Below are positions 1 to 11,613 of a stretch of DNA of 64,000 bases, piece by piece. Below the pieces are notes generated by a model that had not been told where the DNA came from, did not search any database, and saw only the letters and a program-made list of their open reading frames with translations. Both the position numbers and the translations under genes were made by a program. Each line of letters begins with the position of its first letter. Positions within the stretch are counted from its first letter, which is position 1. This DNA comes from Octopus sinensis (lineage: Eukaryota), in contig NC_042998.1 in the NCBI RefSeq assembly GCF_006345805.1, forward strand, positions 183,706,001-183,770,000, read 5' to 3'.

Positions 1-30
<30 letters not shown>

Positions 31-33
<3 letters not shown>

Positions 34-415
34 ACGGTCTTCTTTCAGATTACGTCTACCAAATCCACTCACAAGGCTTTGATCAGCCCGAGGCTATAGC
101 AGAAGACATTTACCCAAGGTGCCATGCCAAGGGACTGAACCCGGTACCATGTGGTTGGTAAATAAAGTACTTATCACACGGCCACTCCTGCGTGTAAATA
201 CATATATGTGCAGGCGCGCGAGTATCTTTGTGTTTGTTCCTACACCGCTTGACAACCGGTATTGGTTTATTTATGTCCCTGCAACTTAGCGGTCGGCACA
301 AGATACTGTTAGAATAAGTACCAGGCTTTAAAAAAATAATTCCTGGAACTGATTTGTTCAGCTAAATCCTTCAAGACGATACTCACAGCATGACTGCAGT
401 CCAGTGATTGAAAGA
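31..415. mobile_element. tRNA-derived SINE family A, rearranged: 5' half on minus (31-192) followed by 3' half on plus (~225-415)
   Basis: Both halves match the full copies at 14929-15330 and 38098-38550. Confidence 0.75.
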
Positions 416-546
416 AGGAAATAATGAAAGGTATTAATGATAAAGCTTCATTAGTTTCAAAGACAACTGCGTTTGTAATGCGAAATAGATGATTGCTTAC
501 CAGCAATGTTTCGTGATTGGTAGAATTAGAAGCAACAACAGCTGAG

Positions 547-745
547 TGGAGGTGCAATGGCCCAGTGGTTAGGGTAGCGAACTCGCGGTCGTAAGAACGC
601 TGTTTCGATTCCCAGACCGGGGCATTGTGAATGCATATTGAGCAAAAACACCTAAGCTCCACGAGGCTCCGGCGGTGGTGGGGTGGGATGAATCCCGCTG
701 TATTCTTTCACCACATCTTTCTCTCACTCTTTCTTCCTACTTCTG
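547..745 (+). mobile_element. tRNA-derived SINE family C (head and body)
   Basis: GGAGGTGCAATGGCCCAGTGGTTAGGG (A box) and GTTTCGATTCCC (B box); same head as 4663-4963 and 5940-6224. Confidence 0.8.
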
Positions 746-1099
746 CCACAAAGCAGAGGAACCATGGTGTAACCCACTATAGTGTGGTAAATTTTCAGAC
801 CCTACTCTAGATATCGAATCCTCTGTACCCCAGGATGGTTCAGCTCTCCACCCGTTAAAAGCCACCGTTTACGGAATGAGGATAACAACGTAGCTTGTCT
901 GCTGCCAGTGTGGTGGTTTACATTCTTTGTAGCTAAGAGTAGGCTCGAATTAGAGATTATTCCTTTTGGCTAATGGCGTGAGTCTTGATTGGAAGAAGAA
1001 GAAGAAGAAGAATAGCAGAAAATTTTATCATATGCTGCAACAAAATTAAATGACGTAAGTTTGACATAGTATTTAAAGATATGTTTGTTTAAATTTTCT

Positions 1100-1430
1100 T
1101 TTTGTTCTGGCGGAGCGAGTACAATACACGAAGGAAAATCTGGAGCTGCTATAAGATTAATTCAAGAATTTCCCAAACGTTATAATTTGGTACTGTTCGA
1201 GACATCGATTACAACCTTTAGATGAGACTATAAACGAAATCGATGAAAATCTGTCATTTCAATATTTTTTGACAAGATTTATGCTTTTTCCATCAATCTA
1301 ATAAAAGTTAACTGCAGCTTGAAAAGACTGCTGCAGAACTATATAGAGAAATAATCAAAATAGGCTGTATTTTTTGGTCCACGATAAGACTCCATTAGCC
1401 TCGAATTCTAAAGTGGCTTTGAGCGTTTAT
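1100..1430 (+). pseudogene. Degenerate hAT-superfamily transposase fragment (ZNF862-like)
   Basis: Manual translation across frameshifts gives SGGAS..G.KSGAAIRLIQEFP..IIWYCSRHRL and KIY..FHQSNK..IIKIG, resembling hAT DGAS / HCxxHRL motifs. Confidence 0.55.
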
Positions 1431-1792
1431 TCAGTTCTTTATGTTTTTTTTCTGTCTTTTTTTGTTTGTTTACAAGATAAGAAGTGCTCTAAAAATAGTA
1501 AAAATGTTTAAAAAGCAAAAAATTTGTAAGAGACTTGGTATTAATAATCAACTATTACCAAATGCGTTGCAATGAAGACATTGAGTGTCACAAAGCCAGA
1601 AAAACTCATGAAGTGTATCGTTAATTTTTTTTATACTATTAAAAATATAGTTATAGTATGCAGAAAAAGGAAATAAATGAACTAGCTAAATAATGCTTTG
1701 AATTGCATAGAAAACGAAGGGTTTGAGAAAAATAGATAGAGTGCATAATTGATAATGTGGAGGCAAAATTATTAACTGAAGATTAGTACTGT

Positions 1793-2090
1793 CACTCCGT
1801 CGATTATGACGACGAGGGTTCCAGTTGATCCGATCAACGGAACAGCCTGCTCGTGAAATTAACGTGCATGTGGCTGAGCTTTCCACAGACACATGAGATT
1901 CAGTGTGATACAGAGTGTGACAAGGTTGGCCCTTTGAAATACAGGTACTACTCATTTTTGCCAGCTGAGTGGACTGGAACAACGTAAAATAAAGTGTCTT
2001 GCTCAAGGACACAACGCGTCGCCAGGAATTGAACTCAACGACTTTACAATCGTGAATTGAATACCATAACCACTAAGCCACACGCCTTCA
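1793..2090 (-). mobile_element. tRNA-derived CORE-like SINE family D
   Basis: Minus strand: GGCGTGTGGCTTAGTGG (A box), GAGTTCAATTCC (B box), TGTGTCCTTGAGCAAGACACTT (CORE-like); second copy at 21838-22150. Confidence 0.75.
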
Positions 2091-2705
2091 AGTAAAGGCT
2101 ACATTACACACACACACACACACTCACGCATACATATACATACATACATACATATACATACAAAAATACATACTGATATATATATATATATATATATATT
2201 ATATAATTAGGGTTCAGCAAAAAAAAAAAAATTACTTTACCACACACCGAACTTTTAGAAATAGCAGCCAAAGAATTTAGCTATTTCTCCTACTATAAGA
2301 AGAGTCTCCCAGACAATGTATAATCAAAAACAATTCACGCAGGCATAGAGGGAAAAATAACGAAAGATCACTCGAAAATCGATTACTTGAGAACGCGTTT
2401 CTGGGTTAGTTAGATATAAAGATGCTAGAAATACATACCTATTCCTATATAAATATAGAGATGGTATTATTCACAAGTGGTAAGCGAATTATCAGCCGTA
2501 CAGGCAAATTAATAAAATATATACATACAATATTAGATATGTACATATATACACAAGGGTACTACATGAATACCAATATCGCTAATGATAGAAGTCAAAA
2601 AATACTTCTGTACCACCAAATAGTCACAAATTTATTACAGACAAGATAGGAAAAAATATCAGAGAACAATAATGTCTTACCTCAAATGGGTCAGAACAAG
2701 TAAAT

Positions 2706-2782
2706 GCTGGTCAACTCGGTACCGGTTTCGAAATTTAGCGCCACCTAGGCGTGTGATTTCTCATCAGCCAAAGTCCGCCAGC
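2706..2782 (-). ncRNA. Type I minimal hammerhead ribozyme inside a (TA)n-flanked non-coding element (~2203-2798)
   Basis: Minus strand GCTGGCGGACTTTGG-CTGATGA-GAAAT...ATTTC-GAAAC-CG-GTA-CCGAGTTGACCAGC: intact core, stem II, palindromic stem III (ACCGGT), GUA site, stem I. Confidence 0.7.
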
Positions 2783-3199
2783 TAAATAACTACTAAGATT
2801 ATATATATATATGTAAACAAACAAATAATTATTTCGGTTCTGGTATGAAAACACCTAAAATTGCTGAGTTATTTAGATGCTATGGAGCCTACTTCATGAA
2901 ACATTGAAGAAGTTTCTGAGAAACTTGGAGAAGTAAAAGTGTCGCAATTTAAATAAAATTCCTAAATTTTAATTTGATTTAAACGACTTTCGTGACTATA
3001 TATTTGGAAAATAACAGTCAACTGAAATATCTTACCGCAGCAATAATAGGAAAAGCTAAAATAATTATGAGCACAATTTCACTAAGTTCTGCCAAAGTAG
3101 AAAGAAGTTCATAGTTGCAGAATATTATTTGTAGTGTTAATAGAGCAACTAAACGCTTATCCTGATTTATGGCTGTCAGTTCGTTACGAAAATCATTAA

Positions 3200-4000
3200 T
3201 TTCTTGGAATCTCTTTTTTATATTTGCTGGGTGTGAAGGAAAGAGCAGTGTCCGTGGCCTTTGCAAGCTCTTTGAATTCGGTGTCGTTAATCTTTCGTCT
3301 AAACTCTTGGAAGTCGACACCAGCAAGAAAGACATGAGCAGGGAGGAGATTCCAGAAGGCTGATCGATGGACTGGGTGATAGTTAGTGAGGAGCCTAGAG
3401 GCGGACAAAACAAAGGCGATGATAAGATGAGAGATAAGTGAGTTGGGAGCAAACTCCGAGGAACTGAGGTCATTATAGTAGTGGCAGAAGAGAGAGAGAG
3501 AGAGAGGGGGGGAGGGGAGATAGTATACTCGTTAACCAGAGGTCGGAACGTATCTGTGATTGATTTTATGCCAGTCAGTTTAGTGGAATTTGTTTCTAAA
3601 TCCGGTCTGTGTTAACAGCAGCACTGCCCCATATATAGGAGCAATACTGCATTGTGAGTTTCAATTTAGCTTTGTAAAGTGTTAACAATTGTTGGGGGGG
3701 GGGGCGATTATATATTTTCTAGTCCTGAAGAGAAGTTTCAGTTTTAGGTACGCGGTCTCAGCTATGATAGTTTTCGTCGGGAGAGGTCGTTGATGATACT
3801 GAGCGGTTGTGAGGGTTCTATCTGAGCGCTGCGCTTGTTTGGTGTGGAGTAGTATTTTCTTGACAGTAGTGCTTGAGATATTTTTTTCTGCTGGAACTGA
3901 CAATATTAGCATGGCTCCACTTGAGGATGCTTTCAAGGTCTCCGTTCTTGGAATCAGTACAGGTTTAGCGTGTGGTGTCTAGGTTGATGTAGATGATGTG
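3200..4000 (-). pseudogene. Degenerate LINE ORF2 C-terminal region (CR1/Jockey-group)
   Basis: Across frameshifts: LYKAKLKLTMQYCSYIWG, SLSLFCHYYNDLSSSE, FWNLLPAHVF..DFQEFRRKIN, matching the typical LYKAQIRPxLEYCSHIWG / LWNSLP motifs. Confidence 0.7.
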
Positions 4001-4017
4001 TAGTTAGGGAAGAAAGA

Positions 4018-4233
4018 GGGGACAAACACAGACACACAAACATATACACACATATATTTATACATATATACGACGGGCTTCTTTCAGTTTCCGTCTACCA
4101 AATCCACTCACAAGGCTTTGGTCGGCCCGAGGCTATAGTAGAAGACACTTGCCCAATGTGTCACGCAGTGGGACTGAACCCGGAACCATGTGGTTTGTAA
4201 GCAAGCTACTTACCACACAGCCACTCCTACGCC
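4018..4233 (-). mobile_element. SINE family A, 5' half
   Basis: Near-identical to the head of other family A copies. Confidence 0.85.
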
Positions 4234-4317
4234 TTTGTGAGAGTTTTACAGAGAATTATGGTTAGTAGCTTACATAAAAAAAAGTTTTTAACTTATTTAA
4301 TGCCAGAGGCCTGTAAG

Positions 4318-4520
4318 GTGATAAGCTGGCACGTCAGGTAAAATGATTAGCGACATTTTGTCGGTCTTCACCTTCCGAGTTCAAATTCCGCCGTGGTAGA
4401 TTTTGCCTTTCATTCCTTCCGGGATCGATGAAATAAGTACCAGTTGAGAACTAGGGTCGATGTAATCGACTTACTCCCTCCCGCAAAATTGCTGGCCTAG
4501 TGTCAAAATTCAAAACCAGT
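4318..4520 (+). mobile_element. SINE family B, diverged copy
   Basis: GAGTTCAAATTCCGCC B box and GCCTTTCATTCCTTCCGGGATCGAT core. Confidence 0.7.
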
Positions 4521-4662
4521 ATCAGATTCCTGTCAACGGGGAGCTCAGTCCACGCAGTATCAAGATATATTTGTGAATCTACACATCAGATATGCAAACA
4601 TGTCAAATTTATCTATTTCTCTCCCTCTCTCCTCTCTCTCTTTCACACACATACGTACATCG

Positions 4663-4963
4663 CCCTTTTCAAGCCTAGCCAGGATCATGGGCCCGGTTTC
4701 CCGGTTTCTGTGGCGTATGTGTTCCCCCCAGCTGGACGGGACGTCAGTTCATCGCAGCGTTACTCAAGAAACAGGAAAAGAGTGAAAGAAAGTTGTGGCG
4801 AAAGAGTACAACAGGGGTCACCACCACCCCCTGCCGGAGCCTCGTGGAGCATTTAGGTGTTTTCGCTCAATAAACACACACACAACGCCCGGTCTGGGAA
4901 TCGAAGCCGCGATCCTCCGACCGCGAGTCCACTGCCCTAACCACTGGGCCATTGCGCCTCCAC
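4663..4963 (-). mobile_element. SINE family C, full length with V-domain-like tail
   Basis: tRNA head plus CTGCGATGAACTGACGTCCCGTCCAGC segment; same tail at 32010-32165. Confidence 0.8.
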
Positions 4964-5367
4964 TTCACACACATAAACCCTGCTTTATAGAAGCCTTATG
5001 TTGCTGAAATCTATTTTCCTATTGACTTTCATGTCACTTGAAAGAAAACCGAAAGGAAATCAACAGGAAAAAACGTTTTACGGAGTTTCATATAAAAGTT
5101 TCAATAACGCAACGCTTCCGTAACGCGAGAGGTACTTTGATATATCTCAATATAATTTAGACAAATTGATATGTATCTGTGTCTGTGTCTGGCCTTTTTC
5201 TGAAGCAAAAATATTCGTAGGACGAAGATCTTGCAGCGTAGAGGGATTTAATCAATAGTTTTACTTTTCGATAAGTCATGCATGAAGATGAAATTTTCTT
5301 GAATATAACCACGCATGCGCGCACACATGTACACACATATAAAATATGTAGAATGATAGATGGATAT

Positions 5368-5422
<55 letters not shown>

Positions 5423-5425
<3 letters not shown>

Positions 5426-5876
5426 GAATAAAAGAATGGAATCGAACGAAGATTTTAACACAATTCCTTTACTTTCAACACATGTTTCGAAGACTGCATA
5501 TTCTTAATTCCGAAGGAATAAAGTGTCTTCTCATCAGGAAAGACAAGGAAAATCAATCAGCCTCAAGATGGACAAAAACTTTTCTATAGCTTGCTACATA
5601 ATGTTTTTCCTGATGAGAAGACGGCATAATGCACACTTTATTCCTTCGGGATTAAGAATATGCAGTCTTCGAAACATGTGTTGAAAGTAAAGGAATTGTG
5701 TTAAAATCTTCGTTCGACTCCATTCCTTTATTCATTTTAAATAATACACAAATTACCACACAAGAACACGGGGTTTCTACCCTTGGCATGTAGCTTCAAC
5801 CGTGTTTTCTGACGTGAATTTGCTACCCAGGTATCGATTAACTGAATTATCAATAGTAAGATAATTCATTCACCTA

Positions 5877-5878
<2 letters not shown>
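5423..5878. mobile_element. (TA)n-flanked PLE-type terminal-repeat remnant: ~120-bp inverted repeat with hammerhead core
   Basis: 5423-5541 is the reverse complement of 5606-5736; plus strand CTGATGA (5610)-GAAGAC...GTCTTC-GAAAC (5671)-ATGT-GTT-GAAAG. Confidence 0.65.
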
Positions 5879-5938
<60 letters not shown>

Positions 5939-5939
5939 C

Positions 5940-6224
5940 GTGACCGACCGGGCTATCAGATCATCGCTGGTCACAATGCGCTTCGCATTGTTTTAGCCTT
6001 CGAATGACGCCACCCCGCTGGCTAAGCGAGCAGGCCAACAGAAGAAAGAGTGACAGAAAGTTGTGACGAAAGAATACAGCAAGGATCGCCACCAGCCTCT
6101 ACCGGAGCCGCGTGGAGCTTTAGGTGCTTTCGCTCAATAAACACTCACAACGCCCGGTCTGGGAGTCGAAACCGCGATCCTACGACCGCGAGTCCGCTGC
6201 CCTAACCACTGGGCCATTGCGCCT
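5940..6224 (-). mobile_element. SINE family C with an alternative 3' tail
   Basis: Head and body match 4663-4963; the tail (5940-6040) differs. Confidence 0.75.
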
Positions 6225-6235
6225 CACACACACAC

Positions 6236-6277
<42 letters not shown>

Positions 6278-6497
6278 GTATGTATGTGTGTGAGTGTGTG
6301 TATAAAGAGAGAGATGAATGCTCTGATATAAATAGAAACTGAACCTACTTTTTACGGCTCAAACTTACTTATCTAGGCCTCATTAACATCCCCAAGGAAT
6401 TCACTACGTTTCAATACATAAGATAATGAAAATTCAATTTATCTGCTTTCTCCTTACTTCCTTTGGTTGGAAACTAAATATCTTTGTCTGGAGCACG

Positions 6498-6507
6498 TAT
6501 GTATGTA

Positions 6508-6580
<73 letters not shown>

Positions 6581-6642
6581 CCTCGCCTTTCGCTCTCTCT
6601 ATTTATCACTCTAAACACACACACACACACACACACACCACA

Positions 6643-6683
<41 letters not shown>

Positions 6684-6817
6684 TTTCCGATATCCTAATT
6701 GGCACCAGGTGACTGCTGAAATCATCGGAAGTCGAACGTTCTTTTTTCAAATGATGATGATGACGCTGATGCTGTTGATGTTGGTGATGATGATGATGAT
6801 GATGATAGTGATGATAA

Positions 6818-6851
<34 letters not shown>

Positions 6852-6860
6852 GGTGGTGAT
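6498..6860. repeat. Compound microsatellites (TG)n, (TA)n, (CA)n, (GAT)n, (GGT)n
   Basis: Directly visible. Confidence 0.95.
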
Positions 6861-7984
6861 CTCTATGGCCATTAACAAAACATGCAAAACGGAACGTTTG
6901 GAATTAATAAAGGAGGCTGTGAATGAAGCAAAGTCTAAAGTTTCGTTTCCCTTTCCGCCGAAAATACAGATATGAATCCTTTTAAATAATTGAGTCTATT
7001 TATGCTTCCATCCTGCGAAGGAGCTGAGGAAATGGAGCGGGTAGCAAGCACCGTACTAAACACTAAGAATAATACTCGGTTTTCACCCGTCTACGTACTG
7101 AGTTCAAATCCTGCCGCGGTCAACTTTGTCTTTCTATCTTTCCGATAATTTAACTAATAGACGATCTAAATTAAGCTAATATAGTGAGTGCGCGATTTGA
7201 ATATAGAGGCACCTACCTTCTCTTCTTAGTGACGGAGACCCTCCAGTGATGACTAGTCCTTCCTCACAGCCCCGACCCGAACACTAACGATAGCAGCTGC
7301 TAGCCCAGACCCTTAGCGACGTCCTCACACGTCTTGTCCCCTGCACGACCCACGTTGGAAAGGGCGCAATTTCCGCTCCCTGCGCACGCCTGACGGCTGA
7401 CCCCTTCCGCTTGCCCCAGCTTCCGGTCAACGCACCCGGCTGCTGACGTCCAGCTGCTGACGTCATCCCACAGCTAATAGACGTGTTTTTGATAAACTGA
7501 TAGACATGATCATGATTAGCAGCCAAATCTTTAACACACAGCATCGTACGTCTTATAAAGAGCATGGGCACACTGAGTAATGTGCTCCTCAATGGGATGG
7601 TTAAAACTCGAGCACCTTTGGCCATAGGTTTGCTCATTTAGGACTTGCCCGAGGAGCTAAACGACAGCTACAACACTTACAGCATCTGATGGTTTAGAAG
7701 GCGCACATCAAAAACGAAAAATACTTTCCTAGAAAATTAGCCAGGGATTAGGGTTTAGGTTACTAGTGAATAGTAGTTCAAGAAAGAGTAGTCAAAAATG
7801 AGGGTCATCTTATAAGCCATCAAATACGGTAAGTAGCAAGTTTTTCTTGAAATGATTGTAAATTATTCTAACCCAGAGACCTTGTGCCAATGTGAGAAGT
7901 GTTTTGCCGTCTTAAGTGAGAAAGAAAATGTCTCTACTCATAGTGTTTCTTTTTTGTCAATATGTATGTATATTTTAGGTCGAC

Positions 7985-8792
7985 AAGCTGACAGAACCCT
8001 TAGCATGCTGGGCAAAATGCCTAGCGGTATTTCGTCTGCCGCTACGTTCTGAGTTCAAATTCCGCCGAGGTCGACTTTGCCTTTCATTCTTTCGGGGTCG
8101 ATAAATTAAGTACCAGTTACGCACTGGAGTCGATGTAATCGACTTAATACTTATGTCTGTCCTTGTTTGTCCTCTCTGTGTTTAGCCCCTTGTGGGTAAT
8201 AAAGAAATAGGTATTTTGTCTGCTGCTACGTTCTGAGTTCAAATTCCGCCGAGGTCGACTTTGCCTTTCATTCTTTCGGGGTCGATAAATTAAGTACCAG
8301 TTACGCACTGGAGTCGATATAATCGACTTAATCCGTTTGTGTGTCCTTGTTTGTCCTCTCTGTGTTTAGCCCCTTGTGGGTTGTAAAGAAATAGGTATTT
8401 CGTCTGCCGTTACGTTCTGAGTTCAAAATCCGTCGAGGTTGACTTTGCTTTCATTGTTTCGGGGGTCGATTAAATAAGTACCAGTCAAGCACTGGGGTCG
8501 GTGTAATCGACTTATCCTTCCTCCCGAAATTGCTGGTCTTGAGTCAAAATTTGAAATCAATATTTATCATAACTATTAAGGAGGCGAGCTAGCATAATTG
8601 TTATCGCGCCGAGCAAAATCCTCAACGGCATACCGTCCGACTTCACGTTCTGAGTTCAAATTCCGCCGAGGTTAACTTTGCCTTTCGTTCTTTCGCAGTC
8701 GATAAAATAAACACCACTTGAACAATCGGATGAATGTAATCGACTTAATTCCTTCCCCGAAATTCCTGACTTTCTGCCAAAATTTGAAACCA
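7985..8792 (+). mobile_element. SINE family B tandem trimer (7985-8560) plus adjacent monomer (8580-8792)
   Basis: ~185-bp units rejoin at AAAGAAATAG|GTATTT(C/T)GTCTG near 8210 and 8395. Confidence 0.85.
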
Positions 8793-8897
8793 ATGTATAT
8801 ATATGTTTTAAGCTCTCACTTTCTCCGGAGAGATCGATAGAGAGAGAGAGGGAGAGAGAGAGAGAAAGAAAGAAGAGGAAGTAAATTAACAGATAGA

Positions 8898-8928
<31 letters not shown>

Positions 8929-9166
8929 TCAAGGTGTGTAAGCTTAGTTCTGTTAGTGTCGAGTTTTAATTTTTATTGGTGAGTGGTGTTCGCGAAGAAA
9001 ATCATGATTATGGATATAATTGCGTAAAACTGAGTCAGCTATTTATAAAGAAAGAGAGACCACCGAAATATTAGCAGGATGGACATTGATTAAATGCATG
9101 GGTACTTGGTCAATTGGTCGTAGTATTAGTGTCTATCATACAGGAGGCTATTATCAGTCATTGCGA

Positions 9167-9373
9167 TCTCTTTTACTTGTTTCAGTCATCTGACTGTGGC
9201 CATGCTGGAGCAAATCGGCCCCAGGACTTATTCTTTGTAAGCCGAGTACTTATTATATTGGTCTCTTTTGCCGAACTGCTAAGTTACGGGGACGTAAACA
9301 CACCAGCATCAGTTGTCAAGCGATGTTGGGGGGGGACTAACACAGACACACAAACATATACACATACATAAAT

Positions 9374-9405
<32 letters not shown>

Positions 9406-9568
9406 GACGGGCTTCTTCCAGTTTCCGTCTACCAAATCCACTCACAAGGATTTGGTCGGCCTGAGGCTATAGTAGAAGACACTTGCCCATGGTGCCACGT
9501 AGTGGGAATGAACCCGGAACCATGTGGTTGTTAAGCAAGCTAGTTACCACACAGCCACTCCTGCGCCT
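9167..9568 (-). mobile_element. SINE family A, full length with internal (CA/TA)n
   Basis: tRNA head, central microsatellite and CCAGCATGGCC...GACTGAAACAAGTAAAAG tail. Confidence 0.9.
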
Positions 9569-9619
9569 AAAGAAATTTGTTTTTTAAATTTTTCGTAGTA
9601 TATCCAAAAGAAAGAGGCA

Positions 9620-10020
9620 GGCCTATGACCATCACAGGCGTTCCTAAGTTGGTAAGACTGATGCCGTCGATGACCAAGTTACACAGCTGTAGGTCAGTGT
9701 CATCAGGGGGAAAAATGTTTGTAGGAAAGGAAATTCTGGAATGTTGACATTCTAGGGAAGAAGGATTGGGTGAGGTGCTGGGTGCGGGATCTGGTGGAAG
9801 TGAAACACAGTATGGGTGACGATAAGGTCAGAGACGGGTGTCCGGTGGGATTGCAAAGAACAGAGGATTAATGGTAAAAAAAAAGCATAGCGAGGAGCAT
9901 GCGTCTGTTTATTGTATTGTTGGTGAGTATTTTATCCAATCAGTCGGATAGTTTGGATGTTTGTAGGTGTTGTAACAGTACTAGTCTTTGGGCAATATTA
10001 CATCGTGTCTTACTTCAGCT
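9620..10020 (-). pseudogene. Highly degenerate LINE ORF2 3' end (CR1/Jockey-group)
   Basis: Minus-strand fragments TIRLIG, RTQHLTQSFFPRMSTF and PTNIFPPDDTDLQL resemble SFFPRT..WNSLP..VFP. Confidence 0.45.
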
Positions 10021-10025
10021 TCAGA

Positions 10026-10080
<55 letters not shown>

Positions 10081-10644
10081 GCGCGCACGCACATACACAC
10101 ACACACGCAGACGACAGACAGACGATAGACAGACGACAGACAGGGAAAGAAAAGCAACAGTAGCATATGCGTTATATTAGTTAAGTTAAGAGAAGACCGG
10201 GCTATATGAACTGTGTATTGTGTGTATGTTTGTATACATACATACGTGTATGTGTGAATGTTTAAATATTTATCTATGTGTATATGTCTGTATGCTTACA
10301 TTGAGATGGAAGAAAAGCATTCGGTAGGCATAAATAAATACATCTAAAAGTAATTTCAATGGAAGCTTGTGTTTCTAGCGATATTTTTGTAGTGGCAGAG
10401 GTAAATCTGGAAGTAGTGGTAGTAGTAACTGTCAGAACTGAAGTATTTGCTGGTTTCAAAGAGGAAAATTGGTCTTTGGGATGCAGTTATCGCTATGTTG
10501 TGAATTTAAGATTGCTCGGAAAGATATCCAAAGGTTGGGAGTCCTCTATCATTTGCAGTTAAGATAAGGGTTTTAATTGCGTGTTGTCAACGTATAATAA
10601 TTGAGTCTTTATGCTGTTAGTATAGAAAGAAGAGTACACTACTC

Positions 10645-11086
10645 GGATCTTTTCACTTTGACCGGCAGATTTTTAAAATAATTTCTTTGTAACTAAACAC
10701 TTTAAAACTTCGTATACTGGTAGTGTGTTACATAAAGCATCTTTTTCTCTTGGCTTTCTCGAGAAAATTCTGTAGTTTTGTAAGCTATTTCTTGTTATTT
10801 TTTTTGCATTTCGGCAATTTCAACCAATCAATGACGTCTATTGAGGTGAATACAATTTCTACGGTTGTTTGTCAATGCGGTGTCATATCAGTTTGTCACT
10901 GTTATTTATGACATATTTCATATCAGTTACGTTCGTATGAATAAAAGATTATCGTTATTAAACTTTTAGTAATAATCACATATTCTAAGTTCACAACGTA
11001 ACACATTCTACCAGTATACGAAGTTTAAAAGTGTTTAGTTACAAAGAAATTATTTAAAAAATCTGCCGGTCAAAGTGAAAAGATCA
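10645..11086. mobile_element. MITE with ~85-bp TIRs starting GGATCTTTTC and an 8-bp TSD (Merlin-like)
   Basis: TIR 10645-10730 vs 10998-11086; TSD CACTACTC at 10637-10644 and 11087-11094. Confidence 0.8.
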
Positions 11087-11289
11087 CACTACTCTGGAGC
11101 GTTTTTGTATGTCAAGGTTAATGTATATCCGATTTCTCTCGCATATGTCTCCTGTTTTTATCCCAAAACTTACGTCCTCGGGAATTTTAAAATATTGAAA
11201 CAAGTATGCGCTCTTCTCTAAGTTTTTGGTTTTAGAATAAGTGACAAGGAAATACGCAAACGCGAAGTACCATACCCAGTAATTTCTTT

Positions 11290-11589
11290 GCTCCTTCCCA
11301 CACCCTGAATGCCGCAGTTAATGGGAGGGTCACTGCTTCCGTAGCCAAATGAAACAAAACCCTGGAGTATCGGGACCTGACAGTGAACTATCTCTTCCAA
11401 CCCGTGGTGTTTGAGATGCTTGGAGGTACTGGGCCAATCACCACAAAGTTCTTGTCAACGTTGGCAGCTCGTCTCACCAAGGTGTCAAGTGTTGCTCGTG
11501 AGGGCGCTTGGTTTTCCTAACGCCTTAGCCTCGCCATCGCCCGTGGTAATGTTGCGAGCGTGCTGGCTTGCTTCAGTAGGTTCCCTTAA
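11290..11589 (+). pseudogene. CRE-clade non-LTR retrotransposon 3' fragment (restriction-like endonuclease C-terminus)
   Basis: From 11341: VAK*NKTLEYRDLTVNYLFQPVVFEMLGGTG..FLSTLAARL..REGAWFS*RLSLAIARGNVASVL, matching the CRE-type F.P.A.ETLG...RLS.AIQRGNA motif. Confidence 0.7.
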
Positions 11590-11613
11590 ACCTTGTGGTA
11601 TGCGACGAGTTGC

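Noticed and set aside
3018-3473. 151-aa minus-strand ORF with an apparent GTAAGA donor, as a host exon
   Set aside because: It overlaps a decayed LINE whose motifs lie in other frames; the peptide has no recognisable domain
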